The notes under the pieces: generated by a model
What the model was told of the DNA's origin: nothing
What the model saw: the letters and a program-made list of their open reading frames with translations, nothing else
Database searches by the model: none
NCBI GenBank assembly: GCA_903933735.1
Contig: CAIZLB010000006.1
Coordinates: forward strand, 3,750 to 67,749
DNA length: 64,000 bases
Direction of reading: 5' to 3'
DNA from: an uncultured bacterium
Lineage (GTDB): Bacteria > Patescibacteriota > Minisyncoccia > Phycocordibacterales > CAIZLB01
In this document: piece by piece, positions 22,220 through 31,134 of the stretch
Layout: every line of letters starts with the position of its first letter
How positions within the stretch are numbered: the first letter of the stretch is position 1
Translations under genes and position numbers: made by a program

Positions 22220-22450
22220 ACGTTGCTGTTTGTCTGCTTTGACTTGATTATTATAGCATTTTTGTGCGATAAGTCAAGCTAAGCTTTTTGTTCTTCTGTA
22301 CCCACTGTGGATACATATACAAATATAATATAAATACAATTATCTGCTTGAGATTTTTATTAAAAATACGTATATATTACAAATATCTTGATATCTAAGG
22401 ATATTTTTATGATGATTGTCTAACTGTGATTGGACAATTTATAATTTTAT

Positions 22451-23167
22451 TTAATTTTTCACCCCAGAACCAATAGCGTCCATATAATGACGATTATCTA
22501 CAATGCAATCCTTAAACTCTATATTTTGTAAATCTTTAATAAAAGCATCTTCATATAAAACTCTATTCACATCTTCATCTTCCACATAATGATCAGTCCA
22601 ATCTTTTTTCAATTCAGGACGTCCAATGTTTTCAAATGCGTCAAATTGTTTAAGCTGCCAATCTAGATTACTTTGATGTAAATCTTTGTCTGATACAGCA
22701 TATTTATCACCATTTACAAATATTCCACCAGATTTTAACACTCTATATATTTCCGAATATATCTTACTTCTAAATTCTGATTGTAGATTGTGTAATACCC
22801 AAACAGAAATAACAGCATCAAAAGTATTTGATTCTTGTTGTTTTAAATATTCTAATGCATCTATTGTATGTAAACTAAATCTCTCAGGTGAAAAAGATTG
22901 TAGTTTGGATAATGCTTTTTCTAACATCTTGGGCTCATTATCAACTCCTATTAGATTTATATTGTTAGATTGAGTCAATAACTCATGTGATGTTATGCCA
23001 GTTCCAAATCCTATTTCGAGTACATTTAATATTTTTTGATTATTAAAATGTTTAATAACTTTTTCTACGGACTTAGTCTGTATCTCATCTTGATGGGGAA
23101 GGACGAGACTAAATAAATCGTACCCTTCACCAGTTTTGTTTGAGAATCGTTGTTCATTTTGCGTCAT
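22451..23167 (-). CDS. Class I SAM-dependent methyltransferase
   Basis: VLEIGFGTG, FDAVIS, RVLKSGG. Confidence 0.88.
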   Translation of the reverse strand: MTQNEQRFSNKTGEGYDLFSLVLPHQDEIQTKSVEKVIKHFNNQKILNVLEIGFGTGITSHELLTQSNNINLIGVDNEPKMLEKALSKLQSFSPERFSLHTIDALEYLKQQESNTFDAVISVWVLHNLQSEFRSKIYSEIYRVLKSGGIFVNGDKYAVSDKDLHQSNLDWQLKQFDAFENIGRPELKKDWTDHYVEDEDVNRVLYEDAFIKDLQNIEFKDCIVDNRHYMDAIGSGVKN

Positions 23168-23222
23168 GGTTGGATTATAACATAGGGTAGGTTTGAGATA
23201 AATTTATGCTAATATTATAAAC

Positions 23223-23690
23223 ATGAATCAAGACCCCAACCCAACATTAAATACAGAATCAAATCCAAATCTTGAGCTTGTAAACTCAGCTCTTAGAAAA
23301 TTGGGTAGTAAATTAGAGTATATAAAATCACCAGATTATTTTCCTGAATACGATAAACTTAAAGGCAAAAAAATTATCATGATTGATGATGTCTTTATGG
23401 TACTTGAAAATATATTACCTGATCTTGTTGTTGCAAGTGATGGAAACGCTGAAGCTATTCACTATACGAATCAGAAATTAGAAGATTTAATTCTTGATTT
23501 GATGGATAAAAATCCTGATATATTAATATTGGATTATCATTTGTCGGATGGTTTGAAAGGGGTGGAGATAGCTATTGGATTAAAAAGACTTGGTTTCGAA
23601 GGTAAAATTGTCGGAGGGTCATCCGAATCCGATAAAGGTAAGGAGTTTATAAAAGCAGGTGCTGTAGGAAACATAGATAAAACAACATGA
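23223..23690 (+). CDS. Receiver-domain protein, possibly truncated by a TGA (frame continues to TAA at 23732)
   Basis: IIMIDD, PDILILDYHL..GLKG, IDK receiver motifs. Confidence 0.75.
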   Translation: MNQDPNPTLNTESNPNLELVNSALRKLGSKLEYIKSPDYFPEYDKLKGKKIIMIDDVFMVLENILPDLVVASDGNAEAIHYTNQKLEDLILDLMDKNPDILILDYHLSDGLKGVEIAIGLKRLGFEGKIVGGSSESDKGKEFIKAGAVGNIDKTT

Positions 23691-23741
23691 CCAGTGTCGG
23701 ATGCTATTAAGCATTTGGCGGAGATGATATAATTATTTTAT

Positions 23742-24188
23742 ATGCATGAAGATTATATAAACAAAAAAACAGAAGGAAATAAATTAGAAACAATTTTGGA
23801 AGTTAATGGTGTCAAACTAGAAATAGGTCCAGATTTGGGGGATTTTCTTTGGAACGAGATATCTACAAAGCTTGCAGAGATGAATAATCAATGTAAAGAA
23901 GGTGAAGAATCATGGAGAACTATGACAGCTGATGAATTTAAAGAAATCGGCAAAGAAATAAATAAACTTTGGAAAGAGCCTGGTAGAAACAATAGAGAAG
24001 CTGTAATATCGGAGATGGTCAAAAGACTTGGTTTTAAACCAGATCATTCATATTGGGCTGGAAGTTGTTATGATGATGGGCAAGATAAGACAAATGTTTG
24101 GTCTTCAAGAACTGGTGAGATTAACTATGCGTCTAAGAAAACTAATGCTAAGGCTGGAGTTAGATTTGTGAGAGGGGTTAAGGGGTGA
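23742..24188 (+). CDS. DUF1566/Lcl-like C-type-lectin-fold protein
   Basis: WRTMTADEF...YWAGS...VRFVRG pattern. Confidence 0.55.
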   Translation: MHEDYINKKTEGNKLETILEVNGVKLEIGPDLGDFLWNEISTKLAEMNNQCKEGEESWRTMTADEFKEIGKEINKLWKEPGRNNREAVISEMVKRLGFKPDHSYWAGSCYDDGQDKTNVWSSRTGEINYASKKTNAKAGVRFVRGVKG

Positions 24189-24281
24189 TTGACTTTAAGT
24201 TTTATATATTTTTATAAATAAAAAAACACCCGTCAACTTTCGAAGGCGGGCTTTGTTTTTGATAAGGAAATGATCAAGGTC

Positions 24282-24728
24282 TCATTTCCAGAGGTCTGGG
24301 AAGATGGGGTCCTTCCTCCACAGTAGAGTTAGGTATGTTCTTGAAGTAATATGAAAGAAACTTGCATATATCTCTTCTAAGGTATTGGTGATGCCACCTG
24401 TATAATGGAACGTTCTGGTCATACTCCGCATGCGAGAAGTGGCAAATGCTACTTTATCGATGGTTGGAAAAGCCCAGAATTGCTCATCTTGAATATCTGT
24501 TTGCCATCCCCGCAAGTAGATACGATTTATATCGTTTGTCATATAGCAACTAGGGAGCGACGTGTCGAGTTTTTTGACGATTCTATAACCTATCGCCATG
24601 TAGCCTGCTACAGCGACGTCATAATGCCCAGGTTCTTCTGAATTTGTGCTAACTGTAGTGTACTCGAGTGTTGCCTCTTGGGTTTTCTTAAAGACTTCTG
24701 CTAAATCAATCAGGAGTTGTGTATCCAT
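24282..24728 (-). CDS. Hypothetical protein
   Basis: 148-aa ORF with minus-strand TTGACA promoter at ~24788-24793. Confidence 0.55.
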   Translation of the reverse strand: MDTQLLIDLAEVFKKTQEATLEYTTVSTNSEEPGHYDVAVAGYMAIGYRIVKKLDTSLPSCYMTNDINRIYLRGWQTDIQDEQFWAFPTIDKVAFATSRMRSMTRTFHYTGGITNTLEEIYASFFHITSRTYLTLLWRKDPIFPDLWK

Positions 24729-24823
24729 AGTTTTGGTTGGTGAATGTTCTGTTTAACGATGTTTACTTTAAGTTAAATATTTAATTTTGTCAAATACATC
24801 AAATCCATGCTACACTATCAAAT

Positions 24824-25930
24824 ATGAATCTCTCCATCGGCATCGTAGGCCTCCCAAACGTAGGCAAATCAACATTATTCAACGCTATAACTAAAAAGTC
24901 AGTTCCAGCTGAGAATTATCCCTTCTGTACAATAGATCCTTCTGTTGGGGTTGTTCCTGTACCTGATGAAAGATTACACCGCCTTGCAACATTTTCTAAA
25001 ACTAAAAAAACCGTACCTGCTATAGTCGAGTTTGTAGACATTGCTGGGCTTGTTAAAGGCGCTTCTGAAGGAGAAGGTCTAGGTAATCAATTCTTACAGC
25101 ATATACGCGAGGTGAACGCTATAGCTCATGTTGTGCGTATATACGAGGATACAAACCTCATACATGTCCACGGAAAAGTTAATCCTGTTGATGATATAAC
25201 TATTATAAACCTTGAACTTATATTGGCTGATAAACAAGTTGTTATAAAAAGATTATCATCCATAGATAGAGATGTTAAAAGAGGTGATAAGGAGGCTATT
25301 ATCCTAAAAGATTTACTTGAGAAAATTTTAAAGAATCTTGAAAATGATTTATTTGCCTCAAAGATAGATTTTACAGAAAATGAATTGATAGTTGTTAATA
25401 AAAATATACAACTTATAACTATGAAGCCTGTAATGTATGTTTTGAACAGAAAAAGTGGTAGTCGTAATATCATCGACGATAAAGAGGATATTAGATATAA
25501 AGAATTGATGAAATATTTTGAAGATGAAAAGGCAATATACACAACAGTTGATGCCCGTATAGAAAATGATCTTAAAGATTTTGAAGGGGAAGAAAGAGAG
25601 ATGTTTAGACAAGAACTTGGAGCAGGGCATGATGACGGTATTAATGATCTTATAAAATCAGGTTATAAGCTACTTGATGTTATAAGCTACTTTACAACCG
25701 GAGTTGAAGAGACTAGAGCTTGGACCATAAAGAGAGGTTGGACAGCGCCACTTGCGGGAACTGCTATACACACAGACTTTAAGGATAAGTTTATAAGAGC
25801 TGAAATAGTGTTTTGGAGTGATTTGATAGATGCAGGGTCATATGCTCATGCGAAGGAGAAGGGTTTGGTTCGTACTGAAGGGAAGGATTATGTGGTCCAG
25901 GATGGGGATGTTGTGGAGTTTAGGATATAA
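24824..25930 (+). CDS. ychF: Redox-regulated ATPase YchF (prophage target)
   Basis: [52 protein letters not shown]. Confidence 0.97.
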   Translation: MNLSIGIVGLPNVGKSTLFNAITKKSVPAENYPFCTIDPSVGVVPVPDERLHRLATFSKTKKTVPAIVEFVDIAGLVKGASEGEGLGNQFLQHIREVNAIAHVVRIYEDTNLIHVHGKVNPVDDITIINLELILADKQVVIKRLSSIDRDVKRGDKEAIILKDLLEKILKNLENDLFASKIDFTENELIVVNKNIQLITMKPVMYVLNRKSGSRNIIDDKEDIRYKELMKYFEDEKAIYTTVDARIENDLKDFEGEEREMFRQELGAGHDDGINDLIKSGYKLLDVISYFTTGVEETRAWTIKRGWTAPLAGTAIHTDFKDKFIRAEIVFWSDLIDAGSYAHAKEKGLVRTEGKDYVVQDGDVVEFRI

Positions 25931-25950
25931 CAACACCATCTTCTAAAGAA
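25916..25950 (+). other. attL (core GAGTTTA plus phage-side inverted repeat)
   Basis: GAGTTTA 25916-25922; tataacaacaccatcttctaaagaa 25926-25950 is an imperfect reverse complement of 61911-61935. Confidence 0.85.
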
Positions 25951-25990
25951 AAAAGGACAAAAAACCCTTAAAAAACAAGAAAAAGACCAA

Positions 25991-26020
25991 AAGAATCGTC
26001 GACGAAAGTCGGCGATTTTT
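25991..26020 (+). terminator. Intrinsic terminator between ychF/attL and phage early operon
   Basis: aagaatcgtcgac-gaaa-gtcggcgattttt. Confidence 0.75.
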
Positions 26021-26077
26021 ATATTGCCTACCCCGTCTAAAAAGGTCGAATTTATCAACAATTAGAAGTACATCGAA

Positions 26078-26440
26078 ATGAAAGCGAAAACCAGATTTGT
26101 CCCAGCCACTCACAGGGATACGTTCCATACGAGCTTCCACGGATATCTGCATGCGTCCTATCAGGAGCTTGTGGATAAGTTAGGAATGCCGAATGACAGA
26201 ACCAAAGAGGGCGAATGGATATCGGGTGACGGAAAAGTTCGGGTCGAATGGTCCTTCAAATCCACGCATGAAAAGCGTCCTATGGTACTTACCATCTACG
26301 ACTACAAAGACCCGCGTCCGATCAATGAAGTGAACCAGTGGCATGTCGGCATAAAAGGCGAAGCCCAACAGGTAAACGAATTATTCGCACAAAAAGGACT
26401 GTATCCAACAGCACTCGAAATTCACAAGAAGTACCGCTAA
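26078..26440 (+). CDS. Conserved-looking phage hypothetical protein
   Basis: SFHGYLHASYQELV..LG.P...DGKVRVEW...TIYDYK...WHVG; first gene of early operon. Confidence 0.7.
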   Translation: MKAKTRFVPATHRDTFHTSFHGYLHASYQELVDKLGMPNDRTKEGEWISGDGKVRVEWSFKSTHEKRPMVLTIYDYKDPRPINEVNQWHVGIKGEAQQVNELFAQKGLYPTALEIHKKYR

Positions 26441-26446
26441 CTAAGA

Positions 26447-26497
26447 CATTGTCCCGAAAAGGGATCGGCCGGTGCACACGGCCTGATGCTACCAATG
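26447..26497 (+). promoter_or_regulatory. Structured RNA motif copy A (3-way junction) over start codons of SymE-like gene
   Basis: cattg/caatg, tccc-gaaaa-ggga, ggccg/cggcc, unpaired tgatgctac; near-identical to 60446-60495. Confidence 0.75.
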
Positions 26498-26767
26498 CCC
26501 TACATCCTAAAAAAACAAAGGGTCGTGACCTATCGGAAAAACGGCATACCGGCCGTGATCCTTGAAGGGAAATGGCTCACAAAACTATATCGCATTAACG
26601 TCGGTGACGTGATCGACATAGACCATAAATGGCCACACGAGATACGAATCACAAAGAACAAAAAGCTCAGCAAGTTAAGACAAACAAAACTGAAGGAGCG
26701 AGAAGAACTTCGTAAGCAATATCTCCAAAAGCTAAAAAATAACCATGACTACACAAGCAAAAACTAA
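26486..26767 (+). CDS. SymE-like (AbrB-fold) protein
   Basis: IPAVILEGKWL...INVGDVIDI...IRIT matches the SymE P.l.L.G.WL motif; alternative ATG at 26495. Confidence 0.65.
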   Translation: MLPMPYILKKQRVVTYRKNGIPAVILEGKWLTKLYRINVGDVIDIDHKWPHEIRITKNKKLSKLRQTKLKEREELRKQYLQKLKNNHDYTSKN

Positions 26768-27047
26768 AGCATTAGCTCGAGAAGCGCTAAGTCTAGTGAA
26801 AGAGAAGGCTCCGGCAATAGTCGATGAGCAGATTCTTGCGCACATGCTTGATGAGGTCGCTGAATTTACAAGCGACATCATGGGCAAGCTTACTAACTTA
26901 GACGCTGACAACGAAACTAACATCACGATGGCTCACGGAATCATCTATGACGGACTTCTCAATGAAGTCGTCACTCAAATTAGAGACACAATGCATGCCG
27001 CAGCCGGAAAGAGGTTAGACAAGTTCGAAACATTATCAAAAAAATAA
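26745..27047 (+). CDS. Phage hypothetical protein
   Basis: 100-aa helical ORF in operon. Confidence 0.65.
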   Translation: MTTQAKTKALAREALSLVKEKAPAIVDEQILAHMLDEVAEFTSDIMGKLTNLDADNETNITMAHGIIYDGLLNEVVTQIRDTMHAAAGKRLDKFETLSKK

Positions 27048-27163
27048 AATCCCCCCGTGAGGAGAGACTGAACCCTAGATAAGTACATTCTCCCAAAAAT
27101 TTCACGGAAAGTCAAAAGAGAGATCGCCGCCGTAACCGGCGCTTTCTCTCTTCAACCAAAACT

Positions 27164-27703
27164 ATGGAAGAAAATAAAACACTTAATTTGATACCAAACA
27201 GCACACAGCTCCCAAACCTCATCCTCGATCTGGTGGTCCCTCTAGTACCAGAGTCTGAAGCTAGATGCCTGATTTACATATGCCGAAGAACGTTCGGATT
27301 CCACAAGGGTTCCGATCGCATCAGCTTCTCTCAATTTACAGATGGAATAAAAGATCGCAGAGGCAACGTGCTTGATTACGGAACTGGTCTATCAAAGCAG
27401 GCGGTAGCAGTCGGCTTGAAGAACCTCGCACAGGCAGAAGCCATTCGGGTGATGAAAAGCAAGAAGGGAAACGTGTACGAAATAAACCTGCATATGGATG
27501 TGGATAAGGTAGTCAATTTAATAGACCAGTCTAGAAAGTTGACCAAAATCGGTCTAAAAAATAGACAACGCTTGTCCTACAAAGTAGACACACAAAACCT
27601 AGGAAATAAAGAGAAACAAAGTATTAGGGATCCTGTTGAAAACTTATCCACAGGAATAAGAGAACTTGCTCGAAAGATGACCATTAACAAATTTAGAAAT
27701 TAA
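27164..27703 (+). CDS. Phage replication initiator (lambda O-like N-terminal wHTH)
   Basis: TQLPNLILD...SEARCLIYICRRTFGFHK.SDRIS.SQF...TGLSKQAV; internal iterons. Confidence 0.8.
   Translation: MEENKTLNLIPNSTQLPNLILDLVVPLVPESEARCLIYICRRTFGFHKGSDRISFSQFTDGIKDRRGNVLDYGTGLSKQAVAVGLKNLAQAEAIRVMKSKKGNVYEINLHMDVDKVVNLIDQSRKLTKIGLKNRQRLSYKVDTQNLGNKEKQSIRDPVENLSTGIRELARKMTINKFRN
27499..27652. other. Putative phage replication origin: 4 iterons between two DnaA boxes
   Basis: TGTGGATAA 27499-27507; GTC-N9/10-GAC repeats at 27512, 27529, 27552, 27574; TTATCCACA 27644-27652. Confidence 0.7.
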
Positions 27704-27708
27704 AACCA

Positions 27709-28113
27709 ATGAAAAAAACAATCCAATTCACAATAAAGGGAAACCCGGAAGACCTTGAAGGTAATCCGGTCCCATACGTTCGTGTGGTAGGCCGAGCGTT
27801 GTGGTTACCACACGCAAAGAAATACCACGCATGGAAAGAATATGTCCGCAGTATCTTCTACCGAAACAATCCAGAATTCTCCTCTGAAAAGGAGCAGCCT
27901 CTCACAACAAAAATATCAGAGCGTGCACGGATGTCGATAACAATCTTCTGGGTAAACGGAGTGCATGCCGATCCTGACAATGTGTTCAAGGGTCTTGCAG
28001 ATGCTTTGTTTGCCAATGACAAGTTTCTCGATGGAGCATTCGAATCTCACTATGCGTCCGATGGTAAAGGGCGGGTCGAAGTGGAGATAACGCTCAATCA
28101 TCGAAGCCAATGA
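27709..28113 (+). CDS. RusA-like Holliday junction resolvase
   Basis: ADPDNVFKGLADAL..ND motif; FTIKG.P and GRVEVEI ends. Confidence 0.8.
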   Translation: MKKTIQFTIKGNPEDLEGNPVPYVRVVGRALWLPHAKKYHAWKEYVRSIFYRNNPEFSSEKEQPLTTKISERARMSITIFWVNGVHADPDNVFKGLADALFANDKFLDGAFESHYASDGKGRVEVEITLNHRSQ

Positions 28114-29012
28114 AGTACTTCAGTTTATTCTCCGGCATCGGAGGGTTCGAATTAGGAATAAAACAAGCATATGAAATCCTGCGCACTAAGAACAAGAAAC
28201 AGAGGGTTCAAGGAATTGGAAATAAGAAAAGATCATCTAGCGAATTCCATCACCTCGGTCCAGACGGATTCACTTGTGTTGGTTACTCGGAGATCGACAA
28301 ATATGCAATCCAAATCTATGAAAAACACTTTGACCACAAAAACTTCGGAGACATCAGAAAAATCAAACCTAGGTCTATACCTGACTTTGACCTTCTTATC
28401 GGAGGCTTTCCTTGCCAGTCTTTCTCAGTCGCAGGGAAAAGAAAAGGATTTAAAGATACACGCGGCACCCTCTTTTTTGAGATTGCTCGCATCATCGCTT
28501 CCAAGAAGCCAAAGCTACTTCTCCTTGAGAACGTTAAAGGGCTTCTCTCTCACGATGTCGGGCGCACGTTCGGAACTATCCTCTCCTCATTGGATGAACT
28601 GGGGTATGACGTGCAGTGGGAAGTGCTTAACAGTAAGAACTTCGGGGTCCCTCAAAACAGAGAGCGAGTGTTTATTGTCGGACATCTTAGAAAAGACTCC
28701 AGACCGGAAATATTTTCTCTCAGAAAGGATGACACAGGGAATAGTAAACAGCATGTTTCGAAGTCGCAAACCACTCGAGGTGTCCGGAATATGTCAGACC
28801 TTAAAAGTAGGTGGCGACACTCCATGCGTATTAGAAAACTCACACCAAAAGAATGCGAAAGGCTCCAAGGATTCCCAGATGGATGGACTGAAGGAGTAAG
28901 CGACACGCAGAGGTATAAGACCCTCGGAAACGCAGTGACGGTAAATGTAGTCGCCGAGATTGTAAAACGAATCATCGGCATTGAAAAGAATAATTATGTA
29001 CAACGCAAATAA
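28110..29012 (+). CDS. DNA (cytosine-5)-methyltransferase
   Basis: SLFSGIGG, GFPCQSFS, LLENVKG, PQNRER, RKLTPKECERLQGFPD, GNAV. Confidence 0.93.
   Translation: MKYFSLFSGIGGFELGIKQAYEILRTKNKKQRVQGIGNKKRSSSEFHHLGPDGFTCVGYSEIDKYAIQIYEKHFDHKNFGDIRKIKPRSIPDFDLLIGGFPCQSFSVAGKRKGFKDTRGTLFFEIARIIASKKPKLLLLENVKGLLSHDVGRTFGTILSSLDELGYDVQWEVLNSKNFGVPQNRERVFIVGHLRKDSRPEIFSLRKDDTGNSKQHVSKSQTTRGVRNMSDLKSRWRHSMRIRKLTPKECERLQGFPDGWTEGVSDTQRYKTLGNAVTVNVVAEIVKRIIGIEKNNYVQRK
28171..28899 (+). CDS. Overlapping +1-frame ORF resembling M.EcoHK31I-type beta subunit (start uncertain)
   Basis: WMNWGMTCSGKCLT...ECLLSDILEKTPDRKYFLS; 242 codons open inside the MTase gene. Confidence 0.6.
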   Translation: MKSCALRTRNRGFKELEIRKDHLANSITSVQTDSLVLVTRRSTNMQSKSMKNTLTTKTSETSEKSNLGLYLTLTFLSEAFLASLSQSQGKEKDLKIHAAPSFLRLLASSLPRSQSYFSLRTLKGFSLTMSGARSELSSPHWMNWGMTCSGKCLTVRTSGSLKTESECLLSDILEKTPDRKYFLSERMTQGIVNSMFRSRKPLEVSGICQTLKVGGDTPCVLENSHQKNAKGSKDSQMDGLKE

Positions 29013-29379
29013 TCCAAGACACAAATTAACTCCCGACCAAATAAAGCATCTTCAGCGTTGTTTTGAGGATGAAGGGTGGAGGATTAATTGGCTCTCGGTT
29101 TATTTTGGAATCTACAAAAAGTCGGTCCTCTTTCACATCAGGTACAACGGCTGGGTCCGACGGATGAAAGTCCAACGGCACATGCCCAAGGAAATAGCGG
29201 ACATATACCGCGAACGCAGAAAGCAAAAGTACGAAATAAAACTTAAAGGAACGTACGAATTTATCAAGATGTCGGCTGAGCAGCACAGGATGGAAGGCTG
29301 CGGGCATGTCCGATGGGTTAAACGCTGCAGTCTATGCGGCCAGATACTCGGATCGGATGCGACAGACCATAAACATTAA
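28996..29379 (+). CDS. Basic protein with HTH-like N-terminus and C-terminal Cys/His zinc finger; candidate late activator
   Basis: KLTPDQIKHL...INWLSVYFGIYKKSVLFH; C-G-H...C-S-L-C. Confidence 0.55.
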   Translation: MYNANNPRHKLTPDQIKHLQRCFEDEGWRINWLSVYFGIYKKSVLFHIRYNGWVRRMKVQRHMPKEIADIYRERRKQKYEIKLKGTYEFIKMSAEQHRMEGCGHVRWVKRCSLCGQILGSDATDHKH

Positions 29380-29384
29380 TCATC

Positions 29385-29795
29385 ATGAAAAATATAACCA
29401 ACAAAACAAAAAAAGAATTGCATCCTAATCCACTCAACCTATCGGCAAGATTCCTTGCCGCACGTCCTGATCTTGTCGGTCCTTGGATTATCGGAGCACA
29501 TAGCCTTCTTCCAATATTTAAAACTGAGCATAAGGGCGCACTCGTTGCATACCTCGAAACTGTCCAAAGGGAATTTTTTGCTGCACTCGAACATTTTTGG
29601 AAAAAGAAGCATGCCGATCAGAAGATTACATACACATTCGGAACTATCTGCCGAAACTCCAAGGGCGAGGAGCGACTCGTGATCGGTATAACTCCAACAG
29701 AAAAAGGAAAGCCAACCTACGAGTACATGGATGACAACGGCAAAGTCGGCGCATGCAACGAGTCGAGCATGATGAGCTGGATGGAAAAAAGATAA
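29385..29795 (+). CDS. Phage hypothetical protein
   Basis: 136-aa ORF in operon. Confidence 0.65.
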   Translation: MKNITNKTKKELHPNPLNLSARFLAARPDLVGPWIIGAHSLLPIFKTEHKGALVAYLETVQREFFAALEHFWKKKHADQKITYTFGTICRNSKGEERLVIGITPTEKGKPTYEYMDDNGKVGACNESSMMSWMEKR

Positions 29796-29805
29796 CAACA
29801 ATCAT

Positions 29806-31134
29806 ATGCAAATCACTGACGTAAAAAAATACGAAAAAAACGCAAAGGAGCATCCGGGCTTCCAACTCGAGAAAATCGCAAGCTCGATAAAAGCATTCGG
29901 ATGCAAGCAACCAATCATCCTCGATAAGGATAACGTTATCGTTGTTGGTCATGGTCGCTTTATTGCAATGACTGAACTGCTCGGCTACACGCTCATGGAA
30001 GCAAAAGCATTCACGAGAAAGGGTGAGCCTGTTATCCCCTACATGCTCATTGATGATTTGAGCGATGAAGAAATAAAAGCATATCGAATCGCCGACAACC
30101 AACTCAATGCTCTCACAGGACAAGACATGATGCTGATCACAGAGGAACTAAAGTTGCTCGACGAGTCAGGATTCGATATCACTCTCACCGGTTTTGACCG
30201 TGACATCATTCTTGAAGATGACGAGCAAGACGATGTGGTCCCTGAAGAACCGAAAGTGCCAAAAACAAAACTAGGAGATGTGTATCAGCTCGGTCCCCAC
30301 ACTATCATTTGCGGAGACTCAACAGACAAAGATGCATACGAAAAGACGGTCCAGCAAAGAAAAGCGGACTGCATATTTACCGATCCTCCATACAACGTGA
30401 ACTATTCAGGCCGTGGAAAAAATACGAGCGAAGGAATCATGAACGATGACATGGACTCCGAAGCGTTCGATTCATTTCTTGAGAAAGCATTCGGATGTCT
30501 TAGTGATGTGGCAAAGACTGGTGCAGGTTGGTATGTCTTTCATTCAACATCAACACAGGCGCAATTCGAAAAGGCACTCAAGAAGTTTGGAATGGCAATC
30601 CGGAATCAACTCATTTGGAATAAGCCAACCGCATCGATGGGATGGGGTGACTACCGATGGAAGCATGAGCCATTCTTCTACGCATCAAAAGACGGAACCA
30701 AAACAGTCTTCTACGGTGACCGCACACATTCAACAATTGTGGACTTTCATGACAGCGAACAGAAACTCATCAACTGGGCAAAGCGACAAAAGAAATTGGA
30801 AACCGAAGGCAAACTCACGATATGGACTATGAAGCGAGACAAAGTAAATGAGTACAAACATCCAACACAGAAACCTGTGGAGCTTATTACTTACGCACTC
30901 CTCAATAGCTCGAAAGCCGAGGACTTGGTGGTCGATCCATTTCTCGGAAGCGGAAGCACACTCATCGCATGCCAGAAGACAGACCGTGTTTGTGCAGGAA
31001 TAGAGCTCGACCCGAAGTTCGTAGACGTGATTGTTCAGCGATGGGTGGATTTCACCGGCATCGAACAGGTGGTCCGAAATGGGCAGCCCGAAAACTGGCC
31101 GAAAACCATCTATGAGCATGAACACCAAGAATAA
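29806..31134 (+). CDS. ParB-like N-terminal domain fused to N4/N6 DNA methylase (pre-terminase type)
   Basis: VGHGR/IADNQL ParB-N; TDPPYN, HPTQKP, DPFLGSGST, GIELDP. Confidence 0.9.
   Translation: MQITDVKKYEKNAKEHPGFQLEKIASSIKAFGCKQPIILDKDNVIVVGHGRFIAMTELLGYTLMEAKAFTRKGEPVIPYMLIDDLSDEEIKAYRIADNQLNALTGQDMMLITEELKLLDESGFDITLTGFDRDIILEDDEQDDVVPEEPKVPKTKLGDVYQLGPHTIICGDSTDKDAYEKTVQQRKADCIFTDPPYNVNYSGRGKNTSEGIMNDDMDSEAFDSFLEKAFGCLSDVAKTGAGWYVFHSTSTQAQFEKALKKFGMAIRNQLIWNKPTASMGWGDYRWKHEPFFYASKDGTKTVFYGDRTHSTIVDFHDSEQKLINWAKRQKKLETEGKLTIWTMKRDKVNEYKHPTQKPVELITYALLNSSKAEDLVVDPFLGSGSTLIACQKTDRVCAGIELDPKFVDVIVQRWVDFTGIEQVVRNGQPENWPKTIYEHEHQE

Noticed and set aside
22260-22450. Chromosomal oriC or dif (AT-rich, palindromes, TGTGGATAC)
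   Set aside because: Only one imperfect DnaA box and no dnaA nearby; hairpins fit terminators
23688-23690. Genetic code 25 (UGA=Gly)
   Set aside because: Long genes are intact under code 11 and several end in TGA
23742-24188. Diversity-generating retroelement target (CLec-like fold)
   Set aside because: No reverse transcriptase or template repeat seen in the window
26062-26077. tagaagtacatcga as another copy of the RNA loop tagagtagcatcga
   Set aside because: Needs two indels and is not in a hairpin; could be chance
26447-26497. Hammerhead ribozyme (CUGAUG and GAAA present)
   Set aside because: Core would need CUGANGA and an unpaired GAAA before stem III; here it is CUGAUGC, the second copy has CCGAUGC, and GAAA is a hairpin loop
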